NCBI GenBank assembly: GCA_965218775.1 | Contig: CBDCLS010000005.1 | Coordinates: forward strand, 702,498-766,497 | DNA length: 64,000 nt | Direction: 5' to 3' | Origin: Acidobacteriota bacterium | GTDB taxonomy: Bacteria; Acidobacteriota; UBA6911; RPQK01; JAJDTT01 | Part shown: piece by piece, positions 58,110-64,000 of the stretch | Layout: each line of letters opens with the position of its first letter | Numbering within the stretch: the first letter of the stretch is position 1 | Made by a program: the position numbers and the translations under genes | Notes under the pieces: generated by a model | What the model was told of the DNA's origin: nothing | The model's input: the letters and a program-made list of their open reading frames with translations, nothing else | The model's database searches: none

Positions 58110-58751
58110 CTAGACAGGGCCCCGCTCATCAGGAGCCTGCAGCCGCTGCAATTGCTCTCGAAGTTCCTGGACTTCCTCCTCCAAACGAGTCACTCGCTCC
58201 TCCAGGGGAGAAGAAAGACTTTCAGACGCTTGCACCGTCATCACATCTGCAACAGCGTGATCCTGGCTCGCCAGACCCCAACGGCTCTCCTTTTGGCCGG
58301 GTCTGCGGGATAGCTCTATGACCAGGGGGACCTCCTCATTTGCCATCGCCGCCAATTGCTCCTGTACTTCCGATAGAGAGGCAAAGGGATGCATCCTCTC
58401 GGTTCGGATTCTCAATTCACCCAGGGTTTGAACTCCCCTCAAGAACAGCACTGTCAAGAGGGTTTTCCACTCCGAACGAAAGTGGAGCCTCTCGTCGACC
58501 CGGTGGCTCCAGCGGTCGGTGCGCGCGGCGCTGATGCGGTCTACCAGGGAATCTTGGAGCAGGACTCGAAGGATGTTCAGCGTATCTAGCTCTGTCAGTG
58601 TCATGACTGGGTTGCGATTCGTCTTCTGGTTACACGCCGCCACCAGAGCATTCAGGGTCATGGGATAGTAGTCGGGGGTCGTCTGCTCCTTCTCCATCAA
58701 TGCTCCCAGTACCCGAAACTCGCCCGCCTGCAGCTCAGTCAAATGACGCAT
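58110..58751 (-). CDS. YceH/DUF480 family protein
   Basis: RVLGALMEKEQTTPDYYPMTLNALVAACNQKTNRNPVM; RRPGQKESRW. Confidence 0.93.
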   Translation of the reverse strand: MRHLTELQAGEFRVLGALMEKEQTTPDYYPMTLNALVAACNQKTNRNPVMTLTELDTLNILRVLLQDSLVDRISAARTDRWSHRVDERLHFRSEWKTLLTVLFLRGVQTLGELRIRTERMHPFASLSEVQEQLAAMANEEVPLVIELSRRPGQKESRWGLASQDHAVADVMTVQASESLSSPLEERVTRLEEEVQELREQLQRLQAPDERGPV

Positions 58752-59295
58752 TACAATAACCTCCTTGATCCCACCACATCTTGACGCTGTGACAACCGAC
58801 CGCTAGATTAATCTGCGGGATCGATCTGGGCAATGCCTGGAGGTCCTCGGAGCCTGAATTGTTTTGAGCCTGCTTTCCCACATCGATCATCTGGTTTACG
58901 CGACGCCCGATCTAGAGCGTGAGGTCGAGCATCTCCACACGTTGCTTGGAGTCCGTGCCACGCCGGGTGGAAGGCACCCCGGATGGGGGACTCGCAACGC
59001 CCTCATCTCACTCGGAGAATCTACCTACCTCGAAATCATCGGGCCAGATCCGGACCAGAGCATCCCATTGGCAGACCTCCGCTTCGGGATTGGGGATCTG
59101 GATCAGCCGGCTCTGGTGAGTTGGGCCGTAAAGACAGAAGAACTGGAGCGGCTGGCGGAAAAAGCCAGGCTTCTCGGTCTAGACCGAAGTTCCCTGAGAC
59201 TTTAGCAGATAACTGACTGACTCTACAGGAGATAAAGGGATTTTTGGACTGTATTGTGTAGGCATGTAATTGTGGCTTATATTTCAATAGTGTGC

Positions 59296-59324
59296 TTGAC
59301 TTTAAGGATTATATAGGGTATAGT
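59296..59324 (+). promoter_or_regulatory. sigma70-type promoter of the IS1634 transposase
   Basis: TTGACT-N17-TATAGT, with the ATG 7 nt downstream. Confidence 0.65.
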
Positions 59325-59331
59325 GGTAATC

Positions 59332-61296
59332 ATGTACATCACCTCCGTCCCCAACCGCGGCTCTCCCCCCGCCATCCTGCTGCGCGAGAGCTACCGCCAA
59401 GGCGGTCAGGTTAAGACCCGCACCCTTGCCAATCTCTCCAAGTTGCCCGCCGAAGCGATCGCCCTGCTGCGCCGCAGCCTTAAGGGGGAAACCCTGCTGG
59501 CCCCGGAGGACGCCTTCGAGGCCATCGCCTCCTTCCAGCAGGGACACGTCCAAGCCGTGCTCACGGCCATGCGCCGACTCGGCCTCCCCCAACTGCTGGC
59601 CTCGCGGCCCTCGCGTCAACGCCAGTTGGTCTTGGCCCTGGTGGCGGCGCGCATCCTGGAACCAGCCAGTAAGCTGGCGACCACGCGCTGGTGGCAGGTC
59701 ACCACCCTGCCCTCGGAGCTGGGAGTGGAGGAGGCCGACCAGGAGGACCTGTATGCGGCGCTGGACTGGTTAGGGCAACGCCAGGCGCCGATCGAGAAAA
59801 AGCTGGCCGCTCGACACCTCCGTGAGGACGGCCTGGCGCCGTACGATCTGACCTCCACCTACTTCGAGGGCACCACCTGTTCGCTGGCCAGCCTCGGGTA
59901 CAATCGGGACGGAAAGCGCGGCAAGCTCCAGATCAACTACGGGTTGCTGACCAACCGCCGCGGGATTCCCGTCTCGGTCTCGGTCTTCGAGGGCAAGACC
60001 GGGGACCCGAAAACCCTGCTGCCGGAGGTGGACAAGCTCCGACAGCAGTTCGGGATCGAGCGGCTGGCCCTGGTGGGGGACCGGGGGATGATCACCCACA
60101 AACAGATCGATGCCCTGCGCCCGATCGACGGCATCGACTGGATCAGCGCGCTCCGCTCGGAGACCATCCGCAAGCTAGTGGAGGGCGGGGCGATCCAAAG
60201 GGGACTCTTCGATGAGCGCAACCTGTTCGAGCTCTCCCATCCGGACCTCCCCGGCGAACGACTCGTCGCCTGTCGGAATCCGGAGCTCGCCCAAAGACGG
60301 GCGCGCCACCGCAGCAGCCTGCTGGAGGCCACCACCCGGGAGCTGGAGAAGGTGCGCCGGATGGTCACCGCAGGGCGTCTGCAGGGGCAGGAGCAGATCG
60401 GCAAGCGCGTGCGCCAGGTGCTCGGTCAGTACCGGCTGGGCCAACACTATCGGCTGCAGATACGGGAGGACGGTTTCGAGTCTCGAGCCGATGAAGAGGC
60501 GATCGCCGCCGAGCTGGCCCAAGCGGCGAGCAAGAGCCCAGAGTTGGCGCAAAGACGACAGCAGCACTACGCCCGTCATCGCCAGGCGATCGACCAACAG
60601 CTAGAGCACCTCCGCCAGCGGATCCAGCGGGGGCGTCTGTACGGCAAGGAGCACATCGGGGTTCGGGTGGGAAAGGTGCTCAACAAGTACAAAGTCGGCA
60701 AGCACTTCCAACTGCACATCGAGGAGGATCGATTCGACTTCGAGATCGACCCGGAGAAGGTCCAAGCCGAAGCGGCCCTCGACGGTCTCTACGTGGTGCG
60801 CACGAGCCTGCCCCAAGAGACGCTCGACGCCGCCCAGACGGTCCTCAGCTACAAACTCCTGGGCAGCGTGGAGCGGGCCTTTCGCTCCTTCAAGACGATG
60901 GACCTCAACGTCCGACCCATCCACCACCGCCTGGCCCGCCGGGTCCGGGCCCACATCTTTTTGTGTCTGCTCGCCTACTACGTCCTCTGGCACATGCTCG
61001 AGGCATGGCGTCCGCTGCTCTTCGCCGACGAGGATCTGGAAGCGAAGAGGACGCGCGACCCGGTGGCGCCGGCCCGCCGTTCCCAGCAAGCGCTCCGTAA
61101 GGTGCACTCCAGAACCCTTGAGGATGGCACCGAGGTGCACAGCTTTCAGACGCTTCTGAAGTTCTTGAGCAGCATCACCCGCAACCTGTGCCGGGTCCGC
61201 AGCGCAGCCCCTGAGGCCACCACCTTCGAGATCCTCACCACACCCAGCGCCAAGCAGCAACGCGCCTTTGATCTTCTGGAGACCATTCGAGTGTAG
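59332..61296 (+). CDS. IS1634-family transposase (654 aa)
   Basis: MYITSVPNRGSPPAILLRESYR, YDLTSTYFEG, VGDRGM, EAALDGLYVVRT, VERAFRSFK, RVRAHIFLC. Confidence 0.93.
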   Translation: MYITSVPNRGSPPAILLRESYRQGGQVKTRTLANLSKLPAEAIALLRRSLKGETLLAPEDAFEAIASFQQGHVQAVLTAMRRLGLPQLLASRPSRQRQLVLALVAARILEPASKLATTRWWQVTTLPSELGVEEADQEDLYAALDWLGQRQAPIEKKLAARHLREDGLAPYDLTSTYFEGTTCSLASLGYNRDGKRGKLQINYGLLTNRRGIPVSVSVFEGKTGDPKTLLPEVDKLRQQFGIERLALVGDRGMITHKQIDALRPIDGIDWISALRSETIRKLVEGGAIQRGLFDERNLFELSHPDLPGERLVACRNPELAQRRARHRSSLLEATTRELEKVRRMVTAGRLQGQEQIGKRVRQVLGQYRLGQHYRLQIREDGFESRADEEAIAAELAQAASKSPELAQRRQQHYARHRQAIDQQLEHLRQRIQRGRLYGKEHIGVRVGKVLNKYKVGKHFQLHIEEDRFDFEIDPEKVQAEAALDGLYVVRTSLPQETLDAAQTVLSYKLLGSVERAFRSFKTMDLNVRPIHHRLARRVRAHIFLCLLAYYVLWHMLEAWRPLLFADEDLEAKRTRDPVAPARRSQQALRKVHSRTLEDGTEVHSFQTLLKFLSSITRNLCRVRSAAPEATTFEILTTPSAKQQRAFDLLETIRV

Positions 61297-61713
61297 GCAG
61301 ACCGCTGCAGCCCCTATTGCACGTATCCCTTTGAAATCATGGTACTTTTCTGCTCCCAACAGAAAGGAACTTCAGTCTAGAGTTGGGGCCTATTTCGGAG
61401 GGTAGGAGGAAGCAGACCAACGGAACCCTCCTGTCCTGGAACTTGACGGCTCCCCGTCCCTTGCAGGGGGGCCTCGTACCCTTTTTTATCGACTGGGGAA
61501 AGGCCATGAGCCCTGCTCAAGGTGCGGTCAAGGGCTGCTCACTAAGGGAACTACGGGGGATCCATCCTGCCCCGGAGGAAATCCGATCGAGGCTTGCGGG
61601 TCTTGGTTTGGATCTGCCTATCAGCCGCGGTTCAGTCCCTGGAATTGTCGCGATCCTGGACACTCCACGCGGAACGGTAGAATTGAGTTAGGGAGTCTTC
61701 CGGTGGCACCGCC

Positions 61714-62814
61714 TCAGACGGGCACCTCTACAGCTTTGTTCAGGGCGGGCATGAGCGCCTTGGCGAACAGCTCCAAGCTGCGGATCCAGCTTTCCTTGTC
61801 ATCCCAATCATAGGACATCAGGACAAGTGTGCCGAAGTGCCCGGTTTCTTCTCTCATCAGGAGCAGCCGCCGGAGGACCTCGTCCACATCACCGGCAATG
61901 ATCTGCTCCGTCATCAGGAAGTCCAGGTTGCAGTCAGCGTCGCTCATGGCGGGGTCGCGCTTGTAGAGCTGGCGTCCCAACCCTTTGTCGAGGAGGCGGC
62001 CAATGTATTCGAAATTCTGACCCAGGCTGTTAGTCCTGGCGAGGCGCGTCGCTTCTTCAGTGCTATCGGCCAGGAAAATCGCGCGGGCAATCTTGAAGTC
62101 GCCACGATCCGGCTGACGTCCCGCTTCCAACGCGGCTCCCTCGTAGGTCTGCCATACATCGGCCAGGACGTTGGCCGTGATGAGACAGTGCGCGAAGGGC
62201 TTATAGCCCTTCCTACCGGCATACCTCATGCTGTAGGAGCCTCGGCTCATACCCGGTATTGCGATGGGTGGATGGGGTCGTTGCAGCGGCTTGTGGATAA
62301 ACCCGATCCCCGTCTCCTTGTCCACTGTGTCTCGAAGACGAATCGACCAGAATTCGCCCTCGTATTCATAGGGGGGCTCCGATCCCCACAGCTTGAGAAT
62401 TATCTCGATGGCCTCCCCCACCATCTTCCCCCCCTGCTTGGGATCCACGCCATAGAGCTCCTGATCGGCGGTGACGCTGCTGTTTCCGAAGCAGAGGTTG
62501 AGCCTTCCCTTGGAAAGGTGATCCAGAAAGGACAGCCGGGACGCCACATGAGCGGGGTGGTGCTGATTGAGACACACGGGTGCGGGCCCCATTCGGATCT
62601 GCTTCGTCTCTCCTAGAGCACGAGCAATGAAAATCTCAGGCATCACGATGTTCTCGTATTTCATCGTGTGGTGCTCGCCGATCCAGAATTCCGAAAAACC
62701 CAGCTCATCGGCACGGATGAGCAGTTCGAGATCCTCGTCGTAACACTGGCTCAGAGGCTTTCCCGAGGCATGAAAAGGCATGATGAACATGCCGTACTTG
62801 ATTGCGTCGTCCAT
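61714..62814 (-). CDS. LLM-class (luciferase-like) flavin-dependent oxidoreductase
   Basis: YGMFIMPFH, ADELGFSEFWIGEHH, LDHLSKGRLNL, PLQRPHPPI. Confidence 0.92.
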   Translation of the reverse strand: MDDAIKYGMFIMPFHASGKPLSQCYDEDLELLIRADELGFSEFWIGEHHTMKYENIVMPEIFIARALGETKQIRMGPAPVCLNQHHPAHVASRLSFLDHLSKGRLNLCFGNSSVTADQELYGVDPKQGGKMVGEAIEIILKLWGSEPPYEYEGEFWSIRLRDTVDKETGIGFIHKPLQRPHPPIAIPGMSRGSYSMRYAGRKGYKPFAHCLITANVLADVWQTYEGAALEAGRQPDRGDFKIARAIFLADSTEEATRLARTNSLGQNFEYIGRLLDKGLGRQLYKRDPAMSDADCNLDFLMTEQIIAGDVDEVLRRLLLMREETGHFGTLVLMSYDWDDKESWIRSLELFAKALMPALNKAVEVPV

Positions 62815-62935
62815 GGAGCTACTCCCTTAAGAGATTGAGAGGTCCGGTCATGGAACTACTGGACCGGTCGCCCAGATGATAGATCAGGGTTTGGCGGGTT
62901 ACAAGACGCTCACCTGGGTACCGTGGCGAAGAAAG

Positions 62936-63682
62936 CTACTGCGCATGGTGTCCGCCGTCCACTACTAACTCACTTCCTGTGATGAATGACGCTTCATCCG
63001 AGGCGAGAAACATTACCGCCCATGCCACTTCCCGCGGAGTCCCAATGCGTCCCAGCGGATTAGCACCCCGACTCCGCTCAAGGTGTTCCTGGGAATAGGC
63101 CTCCGTCAGCATTTCGGTGTCGACGGAACCCGGATAAACCGAGTTCACCCTGATATTGTCCTTCGCGTACTCCAAGGCTCCGACCCGTGAAAGGGTCCGT
63201 ATTGCACCTTTCGAAGCATGATAAGCAGCTGCCCAGGGACTCGCCGTCATGGCGGATACCGAGGAGATATTTACGATGGCTCCCCCTCCAGCACGCCGCA
63301 TCCCGGCAAGGGCATGTTTCATCCCAAGAAAGACACCGGTAGCGTTCACACCCATCACCCTATCCCACCCTTCCCGAGTCGTCTTCTCGACACCCTCCAC
63401 CTGAAGGATTGCCGCGTTGTTGACCAGAATATCCAACTTTCCGAACACCGCTACGGTGGCTTCGACGGCGGCCTGCCAATCCTTCTCCGAAGCCACGTCC
63501 AGACGCACGAAAAGGGCTCGGCTACCGGTCTGGACGATTTCTGCCTCGAGACTTCTTCCCTCCTCCTCCTTGAGATCTCCGATCACAACAGCCGCTCCCT
63601 CTCTTGAAAAGAGTCTGGCCTCTTCCGCACCTTGGCCACGCGCTCCTCCGCTAATCAACGCCACTTTCCCAGAAAGCCTCAT
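62936..63682 (-). CDS. Short-chain dehydrogenase/reductase
   Basis: SGGARGQG, LVNNAA, NISS, YHASK (YxxxK), IRVNSVYPG, ITGSELVVDGG. Confidence 0.95.
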   Translation of the reverse strand: MRLSGKVALISGGARGQGAEEARLFSREGAAVVIGDLKEEEGRSLEAEIVQTGSRALFVRLDVASEKDWQAAVEATVAVFGKLDILVNNAAILQVEGVEKTTREGWDRVMGVNATGVFLGMKHALAGMRRAGGGAIVNISSVSAMTASPWAAAYHASKGAIRTLSRVGALEYAKDNIRVNSVYPGSVDTEMLTEAYSQEHLERSRGANPLGRIGTPREVAWAVMFLASDEASFITGSELVVDGGHHAQ

Positions 63683-64000
63683 CGTCCCTCCTACCTACGT
63701 TCTGCGGTACAAGCAATCGGACGCCTTCTATCTGCCCTAACCCTACCGGAGTCCCCAGCAACTCTATTGAGGCTCCACCATTGGGTCAATGGCAAGTCCA
63801 ACACATCCAAGAAACGGGGAGTGCACTTCCGACTTCGGGTGTCAATTCGTTGTCGCCCGGGCCACTCCTTGTTGACGATTCTCCTGCTTCATGCTCGATC
63901 TCGAGGCTCCTGCCACCTCCTCTAGCGTGGACGTCGAGCAAAGGATCATAGGCGAAACCACCTCCTACAACTTCCAAGAGATCCCGCTCTGGCACACTCC

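Larger units (their letters stand above)
59183..61376 (+). mobile_element. IS1634-family element
   Basis: IRs accgaagttcc / ggaacttcagt (1 mismatch); CTAG duplicated at 59179-59182 and 61377-61380. Confidence 0.9.
58864..61691 (+). pseudogene. VOC/glyoxalase-like protein interrupted by IS1634 (58864-59182 + 61381-61691)
   Basis: IDHLVY...GGRHPGWGTRNAL...YLEII; rejoins as LLGL|ELGPISEGRR...PFFIDW. Confidence 0.9.

Noticed and set aside
63786-64000. ORF at the window end
   Set aside because: No recognisable motif in any frame, and it is cut by the window edge.
1-64000. CRISPR arrays, tRNA, rRNA
   Set aside because: No regularly spaced repeat-spacer array, cloverleaf or rRNA-like sequence was recognised by eye; a tRNAscan/Infernal run would be needed to exclude them.

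Overview
A ~60% GC bacterial window. The gene content (PVC-type CxxCH proteins, PSCyt1 cytochrome, ThuA-like, ceramidase-like and beta-propeller secreted enzymes) resembles Acidobacteria or Planctomycetes, but that taxonomy is inference only. Positions 1-14.6 kb are a mobile-element hot spot: the right end of one recombinase-in-trio (RIT) element that has decapitated a kinase-STAND-TPR gene, a dead IS6, a low-GC beta-helix gene, an ISAzo13, and an IS91-like HUH transposase split at its HUH motif by a second, complete, near-identical RIT that carries a 36-bp perfect palindrome. This ~10 kb block is bracketed by a 93%-identical direct repeat of the 3' end of a MetE-like gene. The rest is mainly catabolic and secreted-enzyme genes plus ilvA, cinA, ridA and yceH. 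It is interrupted by an IS1182-type element nested in an IS1380, and by an IS1634 (with an internally duplicated transposase segment) in a VOC gene. Non-coding features include four GTAG-type REP doublets (REPIN-like) and a separate 77-bp conserved intergenic element in two copies. The best candidates for undescribed biology are the RIT palindrome/target-core architecture and a three-gene cluster (51905-53747) of mutually homologous unknown proteins, one membrane-anchored. No rRNA, tRNA or CRISPR array was recognised. All alignments were done by eye.
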